Below, piece after piece: positions 44,990 to 54,924 of a stretch of DNA of 64,000 bases (positions are counted from its first letter, which is position 1; each line of letters starts with the position of its first letter). The notes below the pieces were generated by a model, which ran no database searches, had not been told where the DNA came from, and worked only from the letters and a program-made list of their open reading frames with translations. Location of the stretch: NCBI GenBank assembly GCA_021820465.1, contig JAKADP010000005.1, forward strand, positions 9,661 through 73,660, given 5' to 3'. This stretch comes from Bacillota bacterium (GTDB lineage: Bacteria; Bacillota; Sulfobacillia; Sulfobacillales; JAIMBI01). The position numbers and the translations under genes are program-made.

Positions 44990-46054
44990 TCACAAGAGAA
45001 AGTGCGCCACCACGCCCGTGAGAAGACCGGCCACCAGCACCAAGGTGGCCAGCCGCGCCAAGTCCGCCTTCGAGATGGCCTGGCTCACCATAGCCATGGA
45101 CGGCAGGCTGATGGCGGGCAGCGTCATCATGAGGGCGCCACCCGCCATGCTGGACAGGCCATAACTCATGAGGGACGAGACGATGGGAATTTCCCCCGCG
45201 GTGGGAATGACAAACAGCGTGCCCGCGATGGCTAGGCCGAAAAACAGCAGGACGCTCTCCCCGAGCCCCGGACCCATCGCGGGAAACAGCCAGGCGCGCA
45301 CCGCGCCCAGCACCCCCACGATGATGAGGTACTCCGGCACCAAGGTCCGCGCCAGCCGCGCCAGCGCCTTGAAGAACCGCGCCGGCCGCGAGCCGGTCTG
45401 CGCGGGGGCGGGCACGTCAACCTGGTGGGCGACGGCGGCGGCTTCGGCCCTCGTGGCCCAGCGGTTTCCGATGTACGCAGCACCCGCCACCAGGAGGAGT
45501 CCCATCCCAATCCGCAGGAGCGCCCAATTCCATCCCAGCACGAAGCCCATAAAGACGATGGTGGCGGGGTTCAGCACCGGGTTGCCCACCCAGTACGCAA
45601 AGACGGCGCCGGTGGACACGTTCTGGCGCTTCAAGCTCACGGCAATGGGGGCCGAGCAGCACGTGCACATCATGGACGGCACGGCCGCAGCGGCCGCGAC
45701 GCCCGCCGCCCCCCAGTTGGCCCGGCCCAGCAGCGTCACCAGCCAGCCGTCCGGCAGGAGCGACTCGATGCCGGCGGCAATGACCATGCCAGCAATAAAC
45801 GCGATCCAAATGTCCTTCACGTAGGCGACGGCATAGGATATGGCGGCGGCCACGCCCACGGGGGGGGCGGCGCGATGCGTGCCCGTCACGATGGACGCCC
45901 CCAGCGTGTGCGAGGTGGCGACCGCAAACGCCTTCACGAAGTAGGGGCTCCACTTGGCGATGAAAATCCCCGCCAGCGCCAGCAGGATGAACGCCACCAC
46001 CGGCCATACGCCGGACGGCCTTGCCGGGCGGACGGGCGTTTCCAGTGAATTCAC
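44990..46054 (-). CDS. predicted permease (ArsP/DUF318-type, Cys-rich TM motif)
   Basis: Multi-TM protein with VPSMMCTCCSAPIAVSL. GTG at 46054 follows GGGGAGGA with a 6-nt spacer. Confidence 0.8.
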   Translation of the reverse strand: MNSLETPVRPARPSGVWPVVAFILLALAGIFIAKWSPYFVKAFAVATSHTLGASIVTGTHRAAPPVGVAAAISYAVAYVKDIWIAFIAGMVIAAGIESLLPDGWLVTLLGRANWGAAGVAAAAAVPSMMCTCCSAPIAVSLKRQNVSTGAVFAYWVGNPVLNPATIVFMGFVLGWNWALLRIGMGLLLVAGAAYIGNRWATRAEAAAVAHQVDVPAPAQTGSRPARFFKALARLARTLVPEYLIIVGVLGAVRAWLFPAMGPGLGESVLLFFGLAIAGTLFVIPTAGEIPIVSSLMSYGLSSMAGGALMMTLPAISLPSMAMVSQAISKADLARLATLVLVAGLLTGVVAHFLL

Positions 46055-46245
46055 GGTGTGTCCTCCCCAATAGCTCATTGTCGCGTGGCTATCGTATCGG
46101 CGGTGCATCCCGTCCGCGCCGGTTCATACGATGGTTGCATTCCTACGCTTTACGCCTGCATGCTACTTGTCGGATTGGCCCCGTCCCGGTATGATCGCCC
46201 CAGCAGAGGGTGGGCGCCGGGGTGTTGTCCTTTAGGGAGGTGCGC

Positions 46246-47187
46246 GTGGAGCTACAAGATTTGGCTCTCTTCAAGTCGATCATCGAGTGCGGCAGCATGA
46301 CGCGGGCGGCGGACGCGTACGGCATGACCCAGCCCTCGGTGAGTCGACATTTGCAGAGGATGGAGCAGGAGATGGGGACCCTCCTGATCGACCGCGCCGG
46401 CACGCCGCTGGTGCCGACGCCAGAAGGGCGGCAGTTTTTGGCCTTCGTGGAGTCGGTGCTCGGCGAGTGGGTGGGCCTGCAGCAGAAGCTGGGTCGGCCC
46501 GATCGGATCACGGGAGACCTCAGGCTGGGGGTGACCGCCTCGTATGCGGGCGGGGCGGCCGTGACCCGGTGGATGGGGCGCTTTGTGGACCAGTACCGCG
46601 GGGTGCGGCCGCACCTCATGACCATGGATTCACGGGCCGTCGAAGCGGCCGTGGGACAGCATCGCGTGGCGGCGGGCTTTATGGGGTGCCCGCCCCAGGA
46701 CTGTTGCCTCGACAGCGTCCCGGTCGAGCGGGACACCCTCGTGCTGGTGACGCCTGCCACGGGGGAGTGGGCCAGCCTCACGGACCCGGTCCATCCCGAT
46801 GCGCTCGCCTCTATGCGGTTTGTGCGGCGCGAGCGCGGCAGCGGAACCTGGGAGACGGTGGAGCGCGCGCTGGTCGAGGCGGGCCGGTCGCCCCACCTGA
46901 GCGTCGTCATGGAGGCCGACTCGGTCGAGGCCGTCTTGGCGGCGGTGGAGGCCGGCGTGGGGGCCAGCTTCGTCTCAGCGGCCGCCGTCGCACGCCGCGA
47001 TGGCCCCGAGTTGCGGTCGTTCCACGTGCGCGGGGTCGTGCTGCGGCGGCAGGTATACTTGGTGTACGACCCCACGGTCCTGATGCGCGATCCGCTGGCG
47101 GCACTGTTTTGCCGCTTCATGGAGCAGGCGGCCGCGGCCGACGCCGGGGCGGTTCGCCCGCTGCCGCGGCCGCGCCGCATCGGCTGA
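46246..47187 (+). CDS. LysR family transcriptional regulator
   Basis: The HTH is LALFKSIIECGSMTRAADAYGMTQPSVSRHLQRMEQEMG. It is divergent from the permease. Confidence 0.85.
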   Translation: MELQDLALFKSIIECGSMTRAADAYGMTQPSVSRHLQRMEQEMGTLLIDRAGTPLVPTPEGRQFLAFVESVLGEWVGLQQKLGRPDRITGDLRLGVTASYAGGAAVTRWMGRFVDQYRGVRPHLMTMDSRAVEAAVGQHRVAAGFMGCPPQDCCLDSVPVERDTLVLVTPATGEWASLTDPVHPDALASMRFVRRERGSGTWETVERALVEAGRSPHLSVVMEADSVEAVLAAVEAGVGASFVSAAAVARRDGPELRSFHVRGVVLRRQVYLVYDPTVLMRDPLAALFCRFMEQAAAADAGAVRPLPRPRRIG

Positions 47188-47286
47188 CCGCTTTGGCCGG
47201 CAGGGGTCGACGATGACGGATCGGGACCGGATGGATTTCCGACAGACGCCGGATGACGGACGCAGGTACGCGAAGGGGATGGTCTG

Positions 47287-47601
47287 ATGAGTGATGTGAT
47301 GGAAATGGGGCAGGCCACATTTGACGAAGTGCTGGCGTCGGGGCGCCCCGTGGTGGTGGACTTTTGGGCACCCTGGTGTGGGCCGTGCCGCGTCCTGTCG
47401 CCACTGGTCGAAGAGGTGGCGGCGGACCAGCGAGGGGCGGTCACCGTGGGCAAGGTGAACGTGGACGAGCACCCAGACTTGGCCAGCCGCTACGGCGTCA
47501 TGAGCATCCCCTCGGTGATACGCTTCGACGAGGGCCGTGAAACCCACCGGGTGGTGGGGGCCGTCAGCAAGCCTGAACTGCTGCGCCGCCTGGGACTGTA
47601 G
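47287..47601 (+). CDS. trxA: thioredoxin
   Basis: The active site is VDFWAPWCGPCR, and GVMSIPSV carries the cis-Pro. Confidence 0.9.
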   Translation: MSDVMEMGQATFDEVLASGRPVVVDFWAPWCGPCRVLSPLVEEVAADQRGAVTVGKVNVDEHPDLASRYGVMSIPSVIRFDEGRETHRVVGAVSKPELLRRLGL

Positions 47602-47645
47602 AGCCCGGACCGGCGAGGTGCCGACACACGAACGGAGGGATCCCC

Positions 47646-48053
47646 ATGGCAGAAGTTACGGCGACCAAAAAGGGTACCCACTACACGGTGGCCGAAGCGG
47701 GCAACCTTGGCGAGTTGACGAAGAAAGAGTTTATTGCCCAAACGCTGGGGTTCACAGGGATGCAGGTGTCGCTGAACCGGGCGACGCCCGGTCAGGCGTC
47801 GCCCTACCTCCATGCCCACCGCCAGCACGAGGAGCTGTACCTGTTTCTGTGGGGGACGGGGGAGTTCCAGGTGGACGGAGAGGTGTTGCCGGTGAAGCCG
47901 GGCACCATGATTCGGGTCGCGCCCGAAGGGAAGCGGGCTTGGCGCAACAACTCGTCGAGCGATCTGCTGTTCATCGTGGTGCAGGCCAACGTGGGAACCC
48001 TGACGGGCGAGGACGGCATTCGCTTGGATGGGGATCCGACGTGGCCCGCGTAG
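47646..48053 (+). CDS. cupin domain protein
   Basis: The cupin motif is HAHRQHEELYLFLWG.G...DGE. Confidence 0.8.
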   Translation: MAEVTATKKGTHYTVAEAGNLGELTKKEFIAQTLGFTGMQVSLNRATPGQASPYLHAHRQHEELYLFLWGTGEFQVDGEVLPVKPGTMIRVAPEGKRAWRNNSSSDLLFIVVQANVGTLTGEDGIRLDGDPTWPA

Positions 48054-48090
48054 CATCGGGCCGCTGGGGCGCAAGCTCGTCCGGCTGAAG

Positions 48091-48142
48091 CCCCGCATGC
48101 GAGAGAGGCGCACCCCAAGGTGCGCCTCTCTCGCATGCGGGG
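48091..48142. terminator. perfect 24-bp inverted repeat between convergent genes (bidirectional terminator candidate)
   Basis: CCCCGCATGCGAGAGAGGCGCACC - CCAA - GGTGCGCCTCTCTCGCATGCGGGG. It ends 2 nt before the ptrB stop. Confidence 0.7.
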
Positions 48143-48143
48143 C

Positions 48144-50258
48144 CTAGGCGTCGATGCCGAGGGCATGCAGGACAAAGGCATCTTCCTGCGCGCGGTCCCG
48201 CAGGCGGTGGTACCGCCCGGACGGCCCACCGTGTCCTGCCCCCATCTCGGTTTTCAGGACGAGGATGTGCTGGTCGGTCTTGGTGGCCCGCAGGCGTGCG
48301 ACCCACTTGGCCGGTTCGAAGTACCCCACCCGCGGGTCGTTCAAGCCGGTGTGCACGTAAAGGTGGGGGTACGCCTGCGCGGCCACATTGTCATAGGGGC
48401 TGTAGGTGGCCATATAGGCAAATGCCTCGGCGTCATGCGGGTTGCCCCATTCATCCCATTCGAGGCTGGTCAGCGGAATGGAGTCGTCCAGCATCGTGGT
48501 GAGCACGTCGACGAACGGCACGCCCGCCACAATGACCTGAAACAGCGGCGACGCCAGGTTGGCGACTGCGCCCATGAGCAGGCCGCCCGCGCTGCGGCCG
48601 CGCGCCGCCAGCCGCTGGGGCGTGGTGTAGCCCCGCTCGACCAGGGCTTGTGCCACGTCGATGAAGTCGGTGAAGGTGTTGCGCTTATTCATCAGCTTGC
48701 CGCCCTCGTACCAGGCACGGCCCATCTCGCCCCCTCCGCGCACGTGGGCAATGGCCATGATGATGCCCCGGTCCAACAGGGGCAGACGCGTGCTGGTGAA
48801 GTAGGGATCTGAGGGCGCCCCGTAAGACCCATACGCGTCCAGGATGAGGGGCGCGGGCCCGCCGTCCCGCGCCCCGCGGCGATACACCAGGCTGACAGGC
48901 ACCTGGGTCACACCGTCCTGGGCGGTCACCGCCAGGCGCTCTTGGACGTAGTCCTCGGGTTGGTAGCCGCCCAGCACCGGCTCCTGCTTGAGGAGCCGGC
49001 GCGTGAGGTCCGCCAGCGTGACCTCAAACACGGAGGGCGGCGTGACGAGCGACGCGTAGCGCACCTGGACCACCCCCGTCGGATAGGCCCGGTTGTCTCC
49101 CGGCGAGACGGTATAAGCCGCCTCGGGCCAGCTGAGGCGCCGCAAGCCGTCAGGATAGAGCACCCACAACTGGGTCAAGCCGCCCTCGCGTCCTGATACC
49201 AGGACGGCGTCGCCCAAGGGCATCACGTCGTCCAGGGGGCGGCCCGCCTGGTGCCCGATAAGCTCGGTCCAGGCGGAGGGGTCGTCCAGGTGGGCCATCG
49301 GCGCCGCCCAAAGCTTCATGTCCGGCGCCTGGTCGTCGGTGAGCACCAGCAGCTTGTCCCCCCAATGCTCGAGGGTGTACCGCACTCCGCGCCGGCGCGG
49401 CTGAAACACGTGCCACGTGCGTCCCGCCGTGGCGGTATCCAGGTAGCGCACCTCGTGGGTGGTGGTGCTGTGGGACGTCGCGAACAGGAATCGGCGGCTC
49501 TGGGAGCGCGTGATGTGGAGCGTATAGGTCACATCGGCTTCGTCGTACACGACCTCGTCGGCCGACGCCTCAGTCCCTAGGCGGTGGCGAACCAGCCGGT
49601 GGGCGCGCTGGGTGACAGGGTCGACCGTGATGCAATAGAGGCCGTCGCCCTGGGGATCCCACTCGAGACTGCCATATAGCGTCACGTCGTCCCGCGTGTC
49701 GGCCAACATTTCGCCGGTGGCCAAGTTCTTGATGTGCAGCGTGTAGCGGTCCGTGCCCGTCTCATTGTCCAGGTAGGCGAGCAGGGTGTGGTCGGGACTG
49801 ACGCGCTGGACCGTTAAGCTGTAGAACGCCTTCCCCGCCGCCAAGGCGTTTTGGTCCAGCAGCACTTCCTCGGGGACTCCATCCAGCTCCTCGCGGGCAT
49901 CAGCGCGCTTGCGAGCAAAGATGGGGTACGCCGCCCCTTCTTCGGTGCGCCGATAGTAGAAAAAGGGGCCGTCCTGCACGGGCACGTCGCTGTCGGTTTG
50001 CTGGAGGCGCGCCAGCTGTTCTTCATACAGGCGCTGGACCAGCGGTTCGAGCGGAGCCATCACGGCGTCGTAATACGCATTCTCCTCGGTGAGATATTGG
50101 ATCACTGCGGGATTGTCCCGCTCGCGGAGCCAATAGTAGTCGTCCGGGCGGGTCACGCCATGCAGGACGTGCGGGTGTGGGATGCGCGGGGCTTGGGGCG
50201 GCGCGGATATGTTGGGCAAGATGCTACACTCCCTTGGGCCGCATGCGTGCGGCTGCAC
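48144..50258 (-). CDS. ptrB: oligopeptidase B / prolyl oligopeptidase family S9A
   Basis: The N-terminus is RPDDYYWLRERDNP, and the catalytic Ser context is GRSAGGLLMG. Confidence 0.85.
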   Translation of the reverse strand: MQPHACGPRECSILPNISAPPQAPRIPHPHVLHGVTRPDDYYWLRERDNPAVIQYLTEENAYYDAVMAPLEPLVQRLYEEQLARLQQTDSDVPVQDGPFFYYRRTEEGAAYPIFARKRADAREELDGVPEEVLLDQNALAAGKAFYSLTVQRVSPDHTLLAYLDNETGTDRYTLHIKNLATGEMLADTRDDVTLYGSLEWDPQGDGLYCITVDPVTQRAHRLVRHRLGTEASADEVVYDEADVTYTLHITRSQSRRFLFATSHSTTTHEVRYLDTATAGRTWHVFQPRRRGVRYTLEHWGDKLLVLTDDQAPDMKLWAAPMAHLDDPSAWTELIGHQAGRPLDDVMPLGDAVLVSGREGGLTQLWVLYPDGLRRLSWPEAAYTVSPGDNRAYPTGVVQVRYASLVTPPSVFEVTLADLTRRLLKQEPVLGGYQPEDYVQERLAVTAQDGVTQVPVSLVYRRGARDGGPAPLILDAYGSYGAPSDPYFTSTRLPLLDRGIIMAIAHVRGGGEMGRAWYEGGKLMNKRNTFTDFIDVAQALVERGYTTPQRLAARGRSAGGLLMGAVANLASPLFQVIVAGVPFVDVLTTMLDDSIPLTSLEWDEWGNPHDAEAFAYMATYSPYDNVAAQAYPHLYVHTGLNDPRVGYFEPAKWVARLRATKTDQHILVLKTEMGAGHGGPSGRYHRLRDRAQEDAFVLHALGIDA

Positions 50259-50415
50259 AATTGGAACGGCTCCCTTCTAATCGTTCGCGCCGGACGGGCC
50301 GGTTCCTGCCCTGAGTCGGCAAATTGATCGGCCGTCGTCGGTGGGGCGTGGCGTCTTGCGATGGCCGTGGGGCCATCGCAGCCGGGATCGTGGGTGCCTC
50401 GGAGAGGGGGAGCGC

Positions 50416-51303
50416 ATGCCGGATCGCAAGACGCTGGCGTACGTCGGCGCCACGCTGCTGTTGTGGTCGTCGGCGTTTGCCGGCATTCGCAGTGCGCTGG
50501 GGGGGCTGTCGCCGGGGCACGTGCTCCTGCTGCGGTTTGGCATCGCGTCGTTAGTTCTCCTGGGATGGACCCGGGCCGCCCGGCTGCCCTGGCCGCCTCG
50601 GCGGCTCGTCGCCCGCCTGGCTCTGATTGGCGTCGTGGGCATTTCCCTCTATCAAGGCTGCCTCACCTTTGGGGAGCAGATGGTCCCGGCGGGGACCGCC
50701 AGCTTCATCGTGGCAGCCGCCCCGGTGTTCACGGCGCTGCTGGCGGCGCTGTGGCTGGCCGAGCGGCTCTCCCGCCGGACCCTACTCGGGCTGGCGGTCA
50801 GCATGCTGGGCGTGGCGGTCATCAGCTTCGGATCGGGATCGGCAGCGTTTCATCAGCGTGCGCTCCTCATCGTGGCGGCGGCCATCGCGACTGCCGTCTT
50901 CTTTGTGGCGCAGAAGCCACTGTTGGGCCAATATCCGGCCCTGGCGGTGACGGCCTGGGTGACCTGGGCGGGGACGCTGCCGCTCTTGGTGTTTGCCCCA
51001 GGCCTGGCGGCCAACGTGGCGCACGCCCCGCCCGCCGCGGTCTGGTCGGTGGTGTATTTGGGCGTGCTGCCTGCGGCGGTCGCGTATGTGCTGTGGGCGC
51101 ACGCCCTCCAGCGGGCCCCGGCTGGGCAGGTGTCCACCTGGCTCTACCTGAACCCCTTTCTCGCGACAGCCATTGGGTGGGTGTGGCTGGGCGAGGTGCC
51201 AGCCTGGACAGCGCTGGCAGGCGGCGTGGTCGCCGTCGCGGGCGTGGTGCTGGTGAACTGGCGGCCTGTGCGTGCGACACCGCCCTCTGCCGCCCCGTCT
51301 TGA
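50416..51303 (+). CDS. EamA/DMT family transporter
   Basis: Ten TM-like segments, with LLWSSAF at the N-terminus. The start is the internal ATG at 50416, after GGGGGAG. Confidence 0.85.
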   Translation: MPDRKTLAYVGATLLLWSSAFAGIRSALGGLSPGHVLLLRFGIASLVLLGWTRAARLPWPPRRLVARLALIGVVGISLYQGCLTFGEQMVPAGTASFIVAAAPVFTALLAALWLAERLSRRTLLGLAVSMLGVAVISFGSGSAAFHQRALLIVAAAIATAVFFVAQKPLLGQYPALAVTAWVTWAGTLPLLVFAPGLAANVAHAPPAAVWSVVYLGVLPAAVAYVLWAHALQRAPAGQVSTWLYLNPFLATAIGWVWLGEVPAWTALAGGVVAVAGVVLVNWRPVRATPPSAAPS

Positions 51304-51345
51304 CGCCCTGGGGGCCCTCTGGTACAGCTACGGCCATACCATGCC

Positions 51346-51801
51346 GTGGGGAGGCGCGCGGTGGACCGATCGGTGGGGCAGTGGCTCGGGGTGGCGGGTG
51401 CCATTGGCGCGGTGGCGGCGCTCGTCATGGGGAGTTGGGGGGCGGCCCCCCTGGCGGCCTATATCGGCGACGCGCTGCAGCTCGCCCTGCTCGTGGTGGC
51501 GTTTTTGGTGGGGCGGCGTGCCGGGCGCGAGCGGAGGCGGCCCGGCTGGCTCGGAGGACTGGCCGGCGTGGTGGGCGGCTTGGTGGCCAGCCTCGGGGAC
51601 TTTGCGGTTCACTTTCCGGTGTCGCGGTTCCACACCGTCGTGAACGCCGGCCAAACCGTGACGGCGAGTCAGCAGGCGGCCGTGGCCAACAGCGTGGGTG
51701 GCCGCGTGACGGAGCTGGTGGTGCTCACGCTGGTCATGGGGGTGTTCGGCATCATCGCGGGGACCATCGGCGGAGCCACCGGCAAGCCCTCGGCCGTGTA
51801 G
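51346..51801 (+). CDS. hypothetical membrane protein
   Basis: Hydrophobic segments and coding-like third-position bias. I recognise no motif. Confidence 0.5.
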   Translation: MGRRAVDRSVGQWLGVAGAIGAVAALVMGSWGAAPLAAYIGDALQLALLVVAFLVGRRAGRERRRPGWLGGLAGVVGGLVASLGDFAVHFPVSRFHTVVNAGQTVTASQQAAVANSVGGRVTELVVLTLVMGVFGIIAGTIGGATGKPSAV

Positions 51802-51841
51802 CCGGCCCCCCGCGGCCAGGCGCTGAGCATCGCAGGATGCG

Positions 51842-52165
51842 TCAGCGGCGGATGACAAACGGGGGCACCACCGCCGACTCGGCGTGGCGGGGGGGCACGG
51901 CGCGCGACTGGACACTGCGCACCGCGGCCAGGGGCGGTCCGTGGTGCAGGATCTGAGCAAACCGGCGCACGGCGCTGGGGTCGCCTTCCACTTCGGCCTC
52001 GACCAGGTCGCCGGCGCCGCAGTTCATCACGTAGCCCGACAGCCCCAAATCGTTGGCGGCCTCGGCGGCCCAGGCTCGAAACCCGACCCCCTGGACTCGG
52101 CCCTGCACCAGCAGGCGCAGGCGAAGGCGGGGCGCATGCGCCTTCTCATCGCTGGCCATCGCCAT
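51842..52165 (-). CDS. acyP: acylphosphatase
   Basis: The signature is V.GRVQGVGFR, followed by L.G.V.N. Confidence 0.85.
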   Translation of the reverse strand: MAMASDEKAHAPRLRLRLLVQGRVQGVGFRAWAAEAANDLGLSGYVMNCGAGDLVEAEVEGDPSAVRRFAQILHHGPPLAAVRSVQSRAVPPRHAESAVVPPFVIRR

Positions 52166-52314
52166 ACTCCTCTCCGTGACGTCCCTGAGTCGGCCCCTGA
52201 GTGGAGCCGTGGCCCCATTCTATAATGGGAGAACGGACAGCGCATCTGACCCCGGGCGCTGCCCGGGTGCCTCCTGACGGCAGAGACCGCAGGCATGAGC
52301 GAGCAGGGAGGCCG

Positions 52315-53175
52315 GTGGCGGTGCTGAATGAGGTGTTTCACCAGGCATGGGATGTCGCTTGGAGCCGGCGAGACACGTGGTGGCTGGCGCTTTGGCTCGG
52401 TCTCTTGGGCGTTGCGCTGCTGGCCGGCCTCGCGGCCCTTCTGGCGGCGTCCGGGGTGGCCGTGCCGGGGTCCGCCTTCGGGGTGGGGTCTTCGCCATAT
52501 GGCACACTGGGGCCGCCTGCGGGCGTGCCCAGTGGATCGCTGGCACCGCTGGTGGCTGGGGCGGGGCTGCCGGCCGCGGCGGGAGGGCTTCTCGCGGCAG
52601 GCGGACTGCTGGTGGGGCTGGTGGCTCCCTTCATGGGCGCCGGCGCTTATGGGGTGGTGGCCCGAGCCATGACCAGCCCGGATCGGCTCCCGGCCGCGGC
52701 ATTTTGGCAGGAAGGCTGGCGCAACTGGGGCCGCGGGTATGGCGTCCTGCTCCTCGGGCTGGTGATTGGGGCCGCCGCGGCGGTGGCGGCCGTGCTTCTG
52801 TTTGCCGTGCTGCACCTCCTCGGGGGCTTCGGCGTCGTGCTGGCCGTGCTGGGCAGTGCGGCGGCCTTCGTCGGCGCGGGCCTCTGGATGTACTGGAGCA
52901 TCGCTCACCTGTTTTTGGGGCGGTGGACGTGGCGGCGCGCCTTAGCGGGAGGACTCCTGGATGCCTGGAGCTACAAGTGGCCCTCGCTCGGGGTCGTGGC
53001 CGTCCTGGCGCTGGGAACCTTCGTGGTCAACCTCGTGACCACGCCCCTGATGCAGCTGTGGGCGCCCCTGGGCATCGCCGTGGGGGTGGCCGTGTCGGGG
53101 TGGATCGGGTTATTTTCGGCGGCGGTGGAGCTGGGATTTCACGCGTACGGCGCCCGGCATGGAGGGGCGCCCTAA
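52315..53175 (+). CDS. hypothetical polytopic membrane protein
   Basis: Multiple Ala/Gly/Leu-rich TM segments. The start is GTG at 52315 or 52321, after GGGAGG. The track start is at 52201. Confidence 0.55.
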   Translation: MAVLNEVFHQAWDVAWSRRDTWWLALWLGLLGVALLAGLAALLAASGVAVPGSAFGVGSSPYGTLGPPAGVPSGSLAPLVAGAGLPAAAGGLLAAGGLLVGLVAPFMGAGAYGVVARAMTSPDRLPAAAFWQEGWRNWGRGYGVLLLGLVIGAAAAVAAVLLFAVLHLLGGFGVVLAVLGSAAAFVGAGLWMYWSIAHLFLGRWTWRRALAGGLLDAWSYKWPSLGVVAVLALGTFVVNLVTTPLMQLWAPLGIAVGVAVSGWIGLFSAAVELGFHAYGARHGGAP

Positions 53176-53397
53176 GCGCGCATCCCCAGTCAGCGGACAC
53201 GTCGCATCCGGTGCATTGGGCGTGGGCCGCCGGATCGCCCCATCCCACGGCGTGGCGCTATGGTGGGCTTCTGGGGCGCCAGCCCCAACTTCTCATTCCC
53301 CCCCTCCGCCGGGTTGCGGCGCTGGATCACCGCAAATCTTGATAATTTTTATACAGTGGCCTGCCACACTGCGAACGTTCGGACCCCAAGATGAGCC

Positions 53398-54924
53398 GTG
53401 GGGAGAGGGATCAGCAGCGTGTCAACCTCGGATGCCATGGGGATGCCGGAGCCGAGAGCGCGTCGGGGCTTGGCCATGCCGCGGGTGGTGGCGCTCGCCG
53501 GCGGCACGACGATCGTGCTGGCGGGCTTGGTGTATGCCGTGGTGGCGGCCGGCCATCCACCGACGACGGGCAAGTATCTCACAGCGCCGGTGCGTCGCGG
53601 TTCGGTGTCTCTGACGTATCAAGCGACGGGAGATTTGGTCCCTGCCCAGACGGATGCTGTTGATATGCCGCCCAATGCGTCGCTGACGTCGCTTCCGGTG
53701 CACGATGGTCAGCTGGTCAGCTCCGGGCAGGTGCTGGCGACGTTTTCGGATCCCACGCTCGCCGCCAAGCTGGCCGCGGCCGAGGCCAGCTTGCTGACCG
53801 CCGAGGACCAACTGGCCGCCCTGCAGTCACCGACGCACACGGCCGCTGCCAGCAGCGCGCTCCAAGTGGCGCAGGCCTCCCTGGCCGTGGCCAGTGCAGC
53901 GGTGGCCTCAGATCAGGCGGCCGTGAACGCGCTGACGGTGACCAGCACCGCAGCCGGCCCGGTGACGCTGTTGGTGTCTGCGGGCCAGGCCGTGGCGGCT
54001 GGCCAGCCGCTGGCCACGGAGGGGCGCACCACCTACACGAGTCCCGTCGCGGGCACGGTGGGATCGGTGCATGTGTCCTCCGGGGCGCAGGTGAGGGCGG
54101 GCCAGCCGATTGCCACGATCAGCGATCCGTCTCTGCTGGCGAAGTTGGCCGCCGATCAGGCGAGCGTGGTTCAGGATCGCGTGGCGGTGGCCAGCGCCGA
54201 GGCGGCAGATGGCAGCGCCAGCCAGGCGGCAGCGCTGGCGGAGGCCGAGGCCACCGTCTCCGCCGACCAGAACAGCGTGGCGTCACTGCGGCAAGCCGTC
54301 GCGGCGCTTGACGCGACGGCTCCGTTCCCGGGAGAGGTGGTCTTCGCCTCATCCTCGGGCTCCACCGCGAAGGTGGTGGCGGTGGACTCCCTAGACCGAC
54401 AGGTCACCGTGCCGGTGCCGGAGACCGAGCTGCCGTCGGTGCACGCGGGACAAACCGTGGCCGTCACGCTGCCGGCCTATCCCGGCCAGAAGTTTTCCGG
54501 TTCCGTCGAGAGCGTGGCGCCCGTGGGAACCTATGCGAACGGCGTGTCGTCGTTTGCGGTGCAGGTTGCGGTGGCGAACATGCCCCACGTGGCGTACTAC
54601 GGGCTCAGCGCCAACGTCACCATCGGCCTCAAGTCCGTGCATGGCCAGCTGGTGGTGCCGCTGGCTGCGCTCATGACGCGGCGGGGACACACGGCGGTGC
54701 GCGTGCTGCAGGGCAGCCAGGTGACGGTGGTGCCGGTGAAGGTGCTGCTGGAGTCCACGGCGGCGGCCGCGGTCGCTTCGCCGCACCTTTCGGTGGGCGC
54801 GCGGGTGATCATTGCGCAGCCGACATCGGCCGCGGGGGCGAAGAAGCTTCGCACCAAGGGCCGCACCGTGCGGGGCGGCGGCGCCCGCAAGGGCCACGGG
54901 GGCCGCGGAGCGGGCAAGCCATGA
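53398..54924 (+). CDS. efflux adaptor subunit (HlyD/MacA-like membrane fusion protein)
   Basis: An N-terminal TM segment, a biotinyl-lipoyl-like hairpin motif, a long Ala-rich coiled region and a beta-barrel C-terminus. It overlaps the downstream ABC ATPase. Confidence 0.75.
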   Translation: MGRGISSVSTSDAMGMPEPRARRGLAMPRVVALAGGTTIVLAGLVYAVVAAGHPPTTGKYLTAPVRRGSVSLTYQATGDLVPAQTDAVDMPPNASLTSLPVHDGQLVSSGQVLATFSDPTLAAKLAAAEASLLTAEDQLAALQSPTHTAAASSALQVAQASLAVASAAVASDQAAVNALTVTSTAAGPVTLLVSAGQAVAAGQPLATEGRTTYTSPVAGTVGSVHVSSGAQVRAGQPIATISDPSLLAKLAADQASVVQDRVAVASAEAADGSASQAAALAEAEATVSADQNSVASLRQAVAALDATAPFPGEVVFASSSGSTAKVVAVDSLDRQVTVPVPETELPSVHAGQTVAVTLPAYPGQKFSGSVESVAPVGTYANGVSSFAVQVAVANMPHVAYYGLSANVTIGLKSVHGQLVVPLAALMTRRGHTAVRVLQGSQVTVVPVKVLLESTAAAAVASPHLSVGARVIIAQPTSAAGAKKLRTKGRTVRGGGARKGHGGRGAGKP

